Assembly (NCBI GenBank): GCA_004431415.1
Contig: QPMI01000003.1
Location: 124,001-188,000 of the forward strand
Direction of reading: 5' to 3'
DNA: 64,000 nucleotides
DNA from: Cyanophora paradoxa CCMP329
Taxonomy: Eukaryota > Plantae > Glaucophyta
The first letter of the stretch is position 1. Each line of letters starts with the position of its first letter. Positions 1 to 12,020 of this stretch are shown in pieces. A program made the position numbers and the translations under genes. The notes beneath the pieces were generated by a model. The model made no database searches, was not told the origin of the DNA, and saw only the letters and a list, made by a program, of their open reading frames with translations.

Positions 1-3000
1 GCGCATCAACTTCGACTGCAACAGCAAGTGCGCACACATAAACAATCTCGAGCTCAGCCTGGTTGCGGCGCTTTCGAGAGAATAAACAATCTCAGCCTGC
101 GCATGCAGTACATGTTGCGCATATATATATATTATATATATATATATATATATGCATGTGGATTATAATTAATTATATAATTTCTCGCTGCAGCTGCAAG
201 ACGGCGACGACTCCTTACGGTTTGAGTTCCTCAACCGCGAAGTTTACGTGCGAAGAGTGGTGCAACAAACCGAGCATAGCGGCGGGAACCATTTATTCGC
301 ACTTCTGCGACCGTCAAGGGACGCCCAACGCGTTTGTGTGCACACCCTGCACAAGTAGCCGCCGATCTCTGCTGCATGCAAACGGTGCTGGTGATTTTAA
401 AGCACTGCGAGTAATGTTGTCTGTACATGTGTGATTATGACAGTTACCTCCATTCCGCAGAAAGGTCGAATAGGACGGCCGCGGCGGAGGCGCTTCTCGC
501 AGTGGGCGCGAAGCTTAATGGCGCAGCAGCTGCATCTGCGCCTGCCGCGAAATCCACAGGCCTCGGCCGGAGCCTGCTGGCCGCGGAGGCGATCCAGGCC
601 CTCGGCTCGCCGCCACTGTTCGTGCAGGAGCTGCCCTACAACTCCACCTCCAACGTCGTCAAGCCGCTGATGGACTTCGCGGCGCGAGACGTTCCGGCGC
701 CCGACGGGGTCGAGAGCGCCATCCCCGAAGCAAATGCCTACAGCATTGCCAACAACTTCGTCGTCGACATCGAGACCACCCGCCTTGGAATGGACAACCG
801 CACCAGGCAAATGATGGCAGACCTCACAGGTGCATCCGTAAACTTCGCTTCGCTGCGGCTGAACTCATCGATATCCTTGATTTAATCGGATGTCTGCTGC
901 GTAGCCGCAAGAGAGCGGGGGGTGCTGGAATATATGCTCGCAGAGCCTACCGGTCGCGACGCGAGCACTGCCATCAGATCTCCCCACCTTGTGAGGGGTG
1001 TGCAATTCAAGCTCGAGCTCATGATCACAGTCGTGCTCGCGTGTAGATGTAGATGTTCATGCGGTATTTCGCATGCGCAGGCTTCGTTAACTGCTACGCG
1101 GATTTGGCGCGCCCGGCACGGCTCGGGCGGACGCAGCTGGGGTCTCTGTGCTCGGATCCGCCGACGACGACAACGGGCTTCTGCGGCGTGGCGGTGGCGA
1201 CCGTCGCCCATTTCGCGTTCAACGCGACCACGTCCGGGATCTTCCGGTTCAGCGCCGCCGCGTCGGACTTCGAGGCGGTGATCGGACTCGTTTACGGAGG
1301 CTCGTGCCAGGACATTGGGTGCAACGCCCCCAAACAAGGTTAGCTGTGCTATAAATGGTATGATCGTCGTTTTTCGCTAACGGTCCGCATCTCTTGCTCG
1401 CACGCTGCATTTTCCAGATCTAGAGATCTTCCAGTCATACATGAGCGAGATTTCTGCGTTTTTGAGCGAGGGTAGCTCCGTGATCGTGACCATCGCGCCC
1501 TTCAACGGGTCGTGCATCAACCGGGCAGTTGCACTCGACATTTCTGCAGAGACGCCGTACGGCCTTCGGCTATTCGTCGACCCATTTGCGGGCAGCGATA
1601 GTTGGCCGTACATAACGAGTTACAATTCTACTTCCAACGTGAGCCTCGACGCGGTCGGGGCCCCTGTTCGCCGCTACGCGTCGATAGACGCGGCCCTAGC
1701 GTACGCCGAGCAGCGCATTCTGTCGGATGCGCCCGGAGAGGCTGTCGAGGTACGCATGAACGCGCTCATAGGCGTGCGCGCCTAGGCCTGGACTCCTAGG
1801 CCTCAACTCGCGATCAGCCTGGACCGCATGCGCATGCGCAATAATAATGTACTAATTAATATTTCCATATATAGGTTGGTATCTTCTTGAGGCCTGGCGA
1901 ATACTCACATGAGCGAAATGGAACTTTCTTCCGCTGGGGGCTTTCGAAATCGCCTTCTGCGGCAAACAGCCGCATTTTCGTGCGTCAATACCGATGTAGA
2001 ATTCCTATTAAATAATTGTGATGTTTGTCAAACCTCTCTGCGGCCGGTCGAATTAACGTGCGTTACCTGGCCATGGCCAGATTCGCTCCATCAGTGGACT
2101 CTCGAACGGGCTAGGATCCGCGGTAGACACACGATTATTCTGTACCGGAGGCAGAGGCGCGTTCGACATTCAGCACAGTTCACCACTCGTTGTCCCGCTT
2201 GGGATTACCGTCGGCATCTGCGGCGGCGTCGACACTCCGGCCATGTCTCTAAGCGGAGTGGACTTGGTCACGCTGCAGAATGTTATATTTGCGTATAACA
2301 ACAACACGGACGTTGGCGGAGCCGTGCGCGTGACGGGTGGCGCCAAAGTTAGCTTTAAGAACTGCACCTTCCTCTCGGTGTGTGCATATATGTTTGGGGC
2401 ACCCCGCGCCCGCCGCAGCGCTGACGGAGCCTCAGAATATCGCTGGTTCGGCTGGGGGGGCTGTCGCCGTCCTTGGTGGCGCGCACGCAACATTCGACCA
2501 CTGCAGTTTCGCCAGCAACAGCGCACTCGTCGGGGGCGCCGTTGTTGCCGACGGTGCCTCCTCACTTTCTTTCTCGAACAGTTACTTCAGCGTACGTATA
2601 CGTCTGGGATCTGCAAGTTCGAGCTCTGCAAGCATTGATTACTCTCTCGCAGAGCAACATGGCCGGGGATAGGGCGGCGGACGGGGCTCGAGGTGGAGCG
2701 ATTGCGATTCTCTCGCTGAGCGGTCTCGAGCCTGTCCGTGTGGTCAGCACAAGCTTCGAGCTCAACTCGGCGGCCGTGGGAGCCAGTATCTACGCTGCCG
2801 CTCCGCTCGCTCTCTCCCGCTGCGCGATCAGGCGGTCGGTCGGGGAAGCTGTTGTCGTCAACGGAACCTCGGCGTCGGTCGAAGCCTCGTTCTTTGCCTT
2901 GAACCGAAACAATCGCACCGGGCCCGACGGGCGGGTCGACGGCGGTACGCCCGAATCGCCATGGGCATGTACGAAGCGCTCGCGCTCATCTTTACTTTCT

Positions 3001-5476
3001 CACCAGGTTCTGCCGGTGTGGTCTGTGGAGGACCTTCTTCCTCGCTCAAGATCAACGCGACTCGGTTCACCACGAACGTCGGAATATTCGGTATGCGGAC
3101 TTTTCACGCACCGAACATATCGATATCGACGTAAATATTAATTCAAGATCAGGCGGAGCCTTGTGGATTCGGGAAGAGTGCCTCGCAACCATCGAGCTAA
3201 CGCAATTCGACAGTGCGCTCGACTTGTTTTTCTTGATTTCTTATGCATGCAAGCGCACTTTTAATCGCGCTCTGAATTTCACTCGTACGGTTCAGACAAC
3301 TACGGCATTTCGGTGCGCATGCGCGCGTGCCGATATGTATCTAATTAAAACTTTAAGCGTGAGTGTGCCCGTGATTAAATTATTAATACTGTCCGGCAGG
3401 GAGGGGGCGTGCTAGTCGGCTCTAGGTCTCCATCTGGGAAGAAGGCCCGAGGAGCGACATTCGACCGCTGCTTGTTCGTGCTGAACGGCGCTGGAAACAT
3501 CCGCTCCGTCGGACTGCCCCCCGGGGCTGGCGCCGGCGGCGGCCTCGCAGTCCTCGGGGCCGACGCACCGGTGCAAGTCTCGGACTGCATCTTCGCCCAG
3601 GTACATACCGGACTGGATAGCCTGCAGTGGAGCTCAGAACGGAAGCGCATCGAACCTGATCGTCTGGGGTTTGACGCCAGAACCAAGCATTCATGGGCGG
3701 CGGCATCTTCGCGACTTCAAAGATCGAGATCACGGGGCGGTCGTACTTCGAGGGGAACGTCGCTGGATTCGAGTGCGTCAATTTAATTTGGAGCTGCGAT
3801 CTTATCTTATCTTATCTTAATTACTAATTTATAATTACTCGGCTATGGGCAATTCTGCAACTGGCTGATGTCGTGTCGCGGCGACATGCATCAGGTGGCA
3901 CAAGAACAGCAGCAGCCAGGTGGGAGGGGCCGTCCTGCTCGGCGCGGGCTCCTCGGGCTCGAACGTCACACGGGACGTGCAATTCGTGAGGAACGTGGCG
4001 CTGGGCGGCTTCGGGGGCGGCCTCGCGCTGGTCGGGGCCGGCGAGGTCGCGATGCACGGCCCCGTCGTCGTGCAGAACAGCGTGGAGGGCAGGAACGGCC
4101 AGGGCGGCGGCCTCTCCGTCCACAACACCCGACTCGCCGCCGGCTCCACCTTCCGCGCGACGGCCAACCAGGCCCTCGGGATGGTGAGGCCGACCTCGAA
4201 GTGAAGTGAAGTGCAGCGAGGTGCACGCGGAGCGCTGACTTTGTGCTTTGCGCGCCTGCGACGGCAGTTCAAGAACGTGTTTCTGGCTGACAAGCTGGCG
4301 GACCTGAAGGCGAATGGATCCCTGGCCAGCTCTGTCGGCTGTGCCTCCTGCAGCCCGTGCCAGCTGTGCAACCCGGACTCCGGGAAATGCGAATTCCCTT
4401 CCGCTTCCGACCTCGGTGCGCACGGCGGCGGCCGCGGACGTCGACGGGTTTTCAATTTTCTCTTGCCTAATTCTCGTGCTTGTTCATTCAGTCGACTGGT
4501 GCAAATTCATCGGCGTGTGCAACAATCAGACGTGGTGCGCCACCCGCGCCGTCCAAGCTTAAGCAGGCCACGCTTCGAATTCCACGTGCACAGCTCTAGC
4601 TTTAGATCTAATATTAATCGCGAATTCCAGCCCATGGGTTGCGGTCGGCTCCGCCAAGTTCACTCCGGACATGCGCGGCCTGTCGGTGACCTTCGACGTC
4701 GACATGGCGATCGGGTCGTCTTCGGTGGAGTGCGCGTCCTTGCTGGACGCCAACAGCACCGCCCTCCTCGGCTCCGGTGCATGCTGGCGCTGCCCGCGAG
4801 CTCGCGATCGCGCAACGCGCAGCCCCTGATTTCACGACCGGTGCATCCGCAGCCCCGCGGTGCTCGATACAGCAGGCGCCTGCAGCCTCGTCCTCTCGCC
4901 ATCTCGCGGGCGCAACCGCGAGTTCCACACTCATTATCCAGCTCGGCCCCGGGTACACGGTCGAGCCGGGCTCGCCCCTCTACTTCCAGCAGAGCGCCCT
5001 CTCGGCAACCTATCAGCCCCTCACCGGCGCCGGCCTCGTCGAGGTCCAGCAGGTGTGCCCTCTATAGCTAGATCTGAATCTCACTCGCGCCGCGCGCGCC
5101 CTCTCGGGCCGGGTCCTCTGCTCGCGATGACACGTCGCGACCGCAGACCGGCCAGACACAGGACGCGTTGCGGGCTGCGCTCAGTGCTGCCCGCTCCGGC
5201 AGCGCTGGCGCTGGCGCTGGCGCTGGTACAATCGCCCCGAGCCAGGGCTCCACCGCGAACGGCGGCTCGGCATCGGGCTCGGGGGGCCTGGAGGGGGGCC
5301 ACATCGCGGCCATCGCCGTCGGCTCGGCCGCCGGCGTCGCCGCCCTCGTCACCGCCTTCTTCGTCGCGTGGCGCAGGCTCGGGCGGCCCGTCGCTTCCGG
5401 CGGACAATCTGCCCATGATCAGGGGCTGGGCGCCAACAGTGGGGCGTCCAGGGGCGTCTTCGTTATGCACGTGTGA
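1..5476 (+). CDS. Multi-exon extracellular/type-I membrane protein with right-handed beta-helix (polymorphic membrane protein-like GGA(I/V)...FxxN repeats), Cys-rich segments and a C-terminal TM helix; 5' end probably upstream of the window
   Basis: Exon peptides: NTDVGGAVRVTGG, SAGGAVAVLGG, FASNSALVGGAVV, ARGGAIAIL, FELNSAAVGASI, FVRNVALGGFGGGL. Cys-rich CASCSPCQLCNPDSGKC at ~4340-4390. TM HIAAIAVGSAAGVAALVTAFFVAWRR at ~5300-5378, stop 5474-5476. Exon boundaries only partly resolved. Confidence 0.7.
121..153. repeat. (TA)n microsatellite in an intron
   Basis: atatatatat attatatata tatatatata tat. Confidence 0.9.
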
Positions 5477-6143
5477 TGGCCTACCAGTTGCAATTGTACA
5501 TTTGCAGCAGAATCCGGATCAATATCCGGATCGATATCCGGAGGGCACTGCCAGATCTAGAGAAGAGGAAGCTTAAAATTAAGGCCTATAGCTAGGTTTA
5601 GGCCGCGGGTGGCAGGGACGAGCCAGGACTTGGGTGGCAAGCGTGGGCTGGGGGAGAGGGCCTTAAGCTTGCAGCGAAGAAGCGAAGAGCGCAGGCTCGA
5701 GCTCGAGGCGGCCGAGGGGCCGGGGGAGTGAGGGGGCTTTCGAATCTGAAGCCTCGAATTTGGCCGGGGGCGCTGGGTGGCCGGGGGCGCTGGGTCCGGA
5801 TCCGGAGGGTCGACGTCGCGATCGGGCCATGGCCAGCTGCAGCTGCAAGCACCTGCAGCTCGGCGCGCGCCGGAGCGCTGCGACACGGTCGGGGGCGAGG
5901 CGGGGGCTAGCGCTGCGACGCGTTTGAATTCGAAGCTCAATTGCAAACGTCCGGCTTGCGCGCATATGCGGGCCTGCGGGATCGATGCGGCCTGGCAATT
6001 CGGCTTCCCGGGGGTACGGCGACTTCTCGTCGAATCGGGGCGTTAGCTTGAGCGAGCTCCCCACGATCTGTAGCTGCCGCGGCGAGGGTCCAGACCGTCG
6101 TTTAAGCGCCCGCAACGCCTTCTCAGCCGCCCCAGCACGCGCG

Positions 6144-7512
6144 ATGGCGCCGACGCCGCGGCCGAGCGAGATCCTGTACCAGATCTCGGCCCGCCCGTAC
6201 CTCTTCGAGCTCTCGAAGCGCCTCGGGCGCAAGGTGAGCGCGGCGGCCGCCGGCGCGCGCGGGGCTCGAAGGGGCGCGACCGCGCGCAGGTCGCCGGCAT
6301 CCGGGAGATCCCCGACAGCGACCTGGACGCGCTCAAGGACGAGGGCATCACCTGGGTCTGGCTCATGGGCGTCTGGGAGCTCGGTGCGCCTCGCGGGAGG
6401 CCCGCGCTCGCCTCGCGCGGGGGAGGCGGGCGCGCGGGACCGGACCGCGCGCGCCCGCGCCGCGCCTCCCGAGCGGCCGCGGGCGCCTCCTGACGCCGGG
6501 CACAGGCAAGATCGGCCTGGAGTTCGACCGCACCTTCCCGCCGCTGCTGCAGGGCTACAAGGGGGTGCGCCCGCCACGCCCGTCGGCGCCGCCGCCGGCC
6601 GGCGCCGCCGCCCACTCGCGCGCGCGCGGGGGGCAGCACCTGCCGGACTTCGTGCTGGAGGACGTGATCGGGTCGCCGTACGCGGTGGCGGAGTACCGCT
6701 GCAACCCCGAGCTCGGGACGGACGAGGACCTCGCCGCCTTCCGGGGCCGCCTCCACGCCCGCGGCATGAAGGCGCGCCCAGCCGCCCCCGCCCACCCGAC
6801 CCGGCCCGACCCGACCCGACCCGATCCGAGCTGACCGCCGGCTTCTCGGCCCGCAGCTGATGCTGGACTTCGTGCCCAACCACACGGCCCGCGACGGTGC
6901 GCCCCCGGCCCCGCCCGCCCAGCAGCAGCCCGGGCGGCGCTCACGCCGGCCCCGCAGCGCGGCTGCGGAAGGAGAAGCCGCAGTGCTACATGCGCGAGCC
7001 GAAGCACCGGGGGCGGGACACCAACCGCTACGACGGCGAGGGCTACGCCTACGGGTGCGCCCCCCGCCCGAGCTCGGCGCCAGCCAGCTAGCGCTGGAGT
7101 GTCTGCAGCGAAGCTCTCGTCTCGTTCCACTCACCCCTGGCGCGCCCGCCGCCCCGCACGACGCTCCGCTCCTGCAGGCGCGACATGTACTGCGATCCCT
7201 GGCGGTGCCCCCCTCCCTCCCCGGCGTACCCCCCGCCCCGCGCCCCGTTCAGGCTGTACCCCACAGAGATACCCTCCAGCTCAACTACTGGAAGTGCGCG
7301 GCCCACATCCCTCCCCCTATACCCCATACCCCCCTCCTTGCCCGCTCCCCCGTCCTCCCTCCGACGCTGTACGCCTCGCGCTCTCCCCCGGTGCGCAGCG
7401 TGGAGACGCGGGAGGAGATGATCGGGGCGCTGCGGCGGATCGCGGGGCTGTGCGACGGCGTGCGCTGCGACATGGCCATGCTCGTCCTCAACTGGGTCAT
7501 CGCCAAGGCGCG

Positions 7513-7547
<35 letters not shown>

Positions 7548-8901
7548 TTCCCGCCTGCCGGCGCCGCGGAGGCGGGCGCCGCTCACGGGCGCGGGGGCAG
7601 ACGTGGGCGGAGAACGTCGAGTCGCACGGGCACAAGCAGCCGCCCCGTGAGTTCTGGTCCGAGGCGCGCGCGTGCCCCGTACCCCCCCCCTCTCCGCCCC
7701 CGGCGCTGCCGAGCTGAGGGGCGGGGCGGGCAGGCGATCGGGGCGGTGCGGGGGGAGCACCCCGCCTTCTGCTTCATGGCCGAGTGCTACTGGGACACCG
7801 AGGTCCCCCCCGCACCCCCCCCCCCCCCCCCCCCCCACCGCGCCCGGCCCAGCCCGGCCCCGGGGTCGGGCCCGAGGCCTCAGTGGCGTGTTGCGCAGGA
7901 GACGCTCATGTCGCTCGGCTTCGACTACGTCTACGACAAGGCGCGCGCGCAGGGGCGACCCCCGGCCCCCGCCCCGCCGCTCACCCCGCCCCGCCCCGCG
8001 CCCCGCAGGACATCTACGACCGGCTGGAGCGCGGCCACATGGACAACCTTCGGGGGTACCTGGGCTGGCGCAAGCAGCCCTACCTCGCCCGCTGCGCACA
8101 CTGTGCGCCCCGTCCCTTCCCCTCCGCCCCTGAGGCGGCCGACCGCCCTCGCGCGCGCCCCCGCAGTCGTGGAGAACCACGACGAGCCGCGGGCGGTGGC
8201 GGCCTTCCACGGCGTGGCCCGCGCGAACGCCGCGGCGCTCGCGACGATGACCCTCCCCGGCCTCCGCTTCTTCTTCCACGGGCAGTGGGACGGCCGCGCC
8301 AACAAGCTCGACGTCCACCTCAGGCGAGCGCGCGGCGAGCGGCGACCGCGTTGCAATTGTGCGCGCCGCCTCGCTCCTCACCGCGCCGGTGGGCAGGCGG
8401 GCGCTGGACGAGGCGGGGCGGCCGGAGGCGCGGGACTTCTACCGGCGCCTGCTCCCCGTCATCCGGGAGCCGGTCTTCGGCCCCGACGCCGCCTTTGCGC
8501 CCTGCGCCGTCTCCGGCAGCGGCGCCTGGCGCCTCCTCGCCTGGCGCTGGTCCCTCGGCCCCCAGCGCCGCCTCGTCGTCATCAACTACACGTGAGCCGC
8601 GCCCCCGCGTGGCCCCTGGCGCGGCCCGGGGCGACGCGGGGGCGGGCGGGCCGGGGCCAGGGACGGGATGGACGACGGGCGGGTGCAGGTGCTGGACGCG
8701 GCGGGGCGCGACGGGCGCGACGAGCTCGAGCTCCGCGACCTCCTCTCCGGTCCGCCCCGCCCCGTGCCGCCCTCTCGCCCCGCCTGATCGCGGAGCGGGG
8801 CCGGGGCAGGCGAGGCGTACAAGCGGAGCGCGCGGGAGATGCGCGAGGCGGGTCTCCACGTCGTCCTCGGGCCCTGGGCCGGCCACGTCTTCGCCTACTA
8901 G
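6144..8901 (+). CDS. Glycoside hydrolase family 13 (alpha-amylase-like), intron-rich, no obvious signal peptide
   Basis: Spliced peptides contain the GH13 conserved regions LMLDFVPNH (I), DGVRCDMAML (II, nucleophile Asp), FMAECYW (III, Glu) and HFVENHDEPR (IV, Asp), plus GSPYAVAEY and GRDMYCDPWRDTLQLNYW. ATG 6144, TAG 8899-8901. Confidence 0.92.
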
Positions 8902-9850
8902 CCCCGATCCGGGTCCGGGGCGCGCCTGTGTAGCTAGGCCAAGTGAACTCGAACGGGAACGCAGCAGTTTAATTTCGAAGTCTAATTTGAATTTCAGCAT
9001 GACCTTTCAGCATGACCGACCCGGGCCCGAGCCGGCGGGCACCGCCCCAGTGCGGTGGTGGAAAATCATAAATTACGCACGAATACGCCGACCGCGAGCG
9101 CCTATATAAGTACATCGTACACTGAGCGGAAATTATACTGCACTACAGTACACGATGTATACGTAAGAAAATTCTGCATATGCATCTGTATGCAAGTGAC
9201 TGGGTCTGATCTGTGTCCGAAATTCAACACGAATGAGCGAGGCAAGCTTTGCGGGAAAGAGCATCACAACACGCTGGTAAAGCTTTAAGGCTTTCATGCA
9301 GCTTGCAGCTGCCGCTGATTGAGAGAGAGGGCGGCACTATGTAAAGAAGGCGCGCAGCCTCGCAGGATAACGAGATATCGATCGGGCATAGCACATGTAC
9401 AGCTGCAATCTGCAGCAGCAGCTCGTCGTGAAAGACTGTCAGCTGCAGAGGGAGCCAAACAGGAATCGACTACGTTTACGATCGGCAAACTCGCAGAATC
9501 CGAAGCTACTCAAACTAAAGAAGCCATGCATATACGAGATTTCTCGCTGAAGGTCCATACAGGAAGTCTAGGGGATTCAACAGTCTCTATACTATTATCT
9601 AATGCGGACGCAAACTCTTCACAATCGGCCGCGATCGCCGTGGGTCACTCCGTCTACCGCTGACCGGCCTACGGGCACTGCACATTTGAAACGAGTCCGA
9701 CGGCGCCGTCTCGCGCGGGGGCTCTTGGATGGGCGCCCCTGCGGCCGCGCCGCCATCTCGGGGATGTACACTGGCGGGGGGGGGGGAGGGGAGGGGTGGC
9801 GAGGAAGGGGCGGGGGGGCCCCGGGCCGGCTCCCGCTGGCGCCGGGCCCT

Positions 9851-12020
9851 TCAGCTTGCGGGGCCGTGGCGGGAGCTCGAGGGGCCCTGCTGCGGCCCCG
9901 AGGAGGCCCCCAACGAGGCCCACAAGGGCCGCGGGGCGCCCGATCCCGAGCGCCCCGCGGCGTGCCGCTCGTGGTCCCGCTCGCGTTCGTAGCCGCCGGG
10001 GAGGGAGGGGGCATCGAAGAAGGGGCCCTGCGGGGGCGCGAAGATGGGCGGCAGGCCGTACTGGTACGCGCCCGGGTGGGCGAACGGGAAGCCGTAGAGG
10101 TCGGCGGCGGTGGCGCGGCGGTTGGCGGCGTGCGCGGCGTGCGCGGCGGCGGCGGCGGAGGAGTGGAGGTCGCTGGGCGGGGGGAGCTGGATGCTCGGCG
10201 CCGTCGCCCGCCGGTGGTGCGCCGCCGCCAGCGCCGCCCCGGCCGCCGCCGCCGCCGCCGAGGACGAGGCCGAGGAGGCGGAGGAGAGGCTGCGCGACTG
10301 CGGCGCCGACGGGGCCGGCGAGGGCGGGGGGAGGACGCCCGGCAGGGAGACGGGGTACAGGGCGAAGCGGGCGGCGGCGGCGCCGAGGTAGGAGAAGGGG
10401 TTCGGGGCGGGGGCGCCCGAGCGGGAGTCGTAGTTGGGGATTGCGGCGCGGGGCGGGGGCAGCGGGTTGTCCGGGATGCTCACGCGCGGCGGGCCGCCTC
10501 CACCTTCACCCCTCCCCCGCCCGGCCGGCGCCGGCGGCGGCGCGGGGGCGGGGCCGGGGCCGGGCCGGGGGCTGGCGCGGGGCGGGGCGGTGACGTCGTC
10601 GGCGGAGAAGGAGCGGGCGCGGCGCGCGGCAGCCATCGCCGCGTCGCTCTCCTCCGAAGACGGCTGCCACGAGAGGCGCGGCCGCTTCAGCGCCGCCCCT
10701 CGCTCGCCCCCACTCCTCTCTGCCCGCACGCTGCCCCCGCCGCCGCCGCCCCCGCCGGCCCGCCCTCGCCGCCGCTCGCGCCGGCGCCGCCCTCCCGCTC
10801 GCTTGCGACGCCGTCGGTCGCATCGCCGTCCGACTCGCCGTCGCGCGGGGTCCGCCCCGGCCCCCCTGCCTCGGGCGCCACCGCCCCGGAGCCCTCCTTC
10901 TCAGCCTCCTCGCGATCTGCAGCCTGGATCCGAGCCCCGCGCCGCCGCGCGCGTAGTCAGTCGACGAAGCTCTTGAAGCGGAAGGGACGAGGCATGCACC
11001 TGGGGCTGCGCGGGCGCCTGCGGGGCGTCCGAGGAGAACGAGGGGGCGGGCGGGGGCGCCTGCGCCGCGGCGGACCCCCCGTGGCCCTTCTTCTTCTTCG
11101 TCTCGTGGCTTGCGTTCCCTGCCCCGCGCCCCGCGCGCCGCCGTGAGGAAGCGGAGCGGGGCGAGGGGGGAAGGGCGGCGGGGGCGGACAGCGGTACTCG
11201 GGGTGGCGGAGGATGAAATCCTCGCGGACGGCGCGCGCCACTTCCTCGTAGCGCGCCTTCACGTCGCGGCTCAGAGAGCGCCACTGCGGCGCGCCCGGCC
11301 GGATCGCCGTCAGCGGCGGCGGATCGCAGGTCCGAGGTCGACGCCAGCGAAGGCACCTTCTCGCCCAGGAGGCGCGAGATTTGAGCGTTCGTCATCTCCT
11401 TGTTCTCTGCGGCCGGTCAGATGCGCGACCGCGGCGCGGGCGAGCCCGCAGCGAGCTTCGCACCTTCCTGAAGCTTCTTTCGGAACTGCGGCGTGCGTGA
11501 GTGGCGAAGGCAGAACGTAGAGGGGGAGATCGCATTACCTGGTTGCTGAAAATCTGTTGACGCGCACGAAAAGAGCGGCGCAGGGGTCAGGCATGTCGCG
11601 CTGCCGAGCGCGCGGCGCGTCGTAACATAAGCGCACGAGGAAGGAGTTGACCGGTCGCGGCTGCCGCGGGACGTGAGCGCGATCGGGTAAGGCGTGTTGA
11701 CAACCGCGGGCCGGGACTCGACGCACGGGCTGCTTGACGGGTGGAGGGGAAGCGCCGGAGACATCGATCGGATGCGCGAAGCCGGCGGAAGACGCGGGAA
11801 GGAAGGCGGGGAAGGCTCCAGCCGGCGCGGCGATGTACGGAAAGGCTCCCGGCATGGAATACATGGCCGGATAGCCGCGTGCGGCCGCGGCGCCTGCGAA
11901 GGAGATGGGCACTACAGTGGTCTGAGCAGATATGACGCCAGATGCGGCTGCCGCGTGCGCCGCTGTGCGAGGATCGATCTGCGGCCACCGATCGCCTTCG
12001 CTTTCTTCTGAGTCGGACAT
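9851..12020 (-). CDS. Sequence-specific HMG-box transcription factor (SOX/TCF/MATA-HMG class) with long low-complexity C-terminus
   Basis: Splicing GT-AG introns gives PRPVNSFL|IFSNQ|FRKKLQE|ENKEMTNAQISRLLGEK|WRSLSRDVKARYEEVARAVREDFILRHPEYR|WNASHETKKKK, a canonical HMG box. The C-terminal frame is taken from ORF 9851..10729; one junction near 10730 is unresolved. Confidence 0.85.

Noticed and set aside
8940-9660. Short ORFs 9055..9288 and 9319..9663
   Set aside because: No motifs or host-like codon bias; lies between convergent 3' ends, so probably UTR or intergenic.
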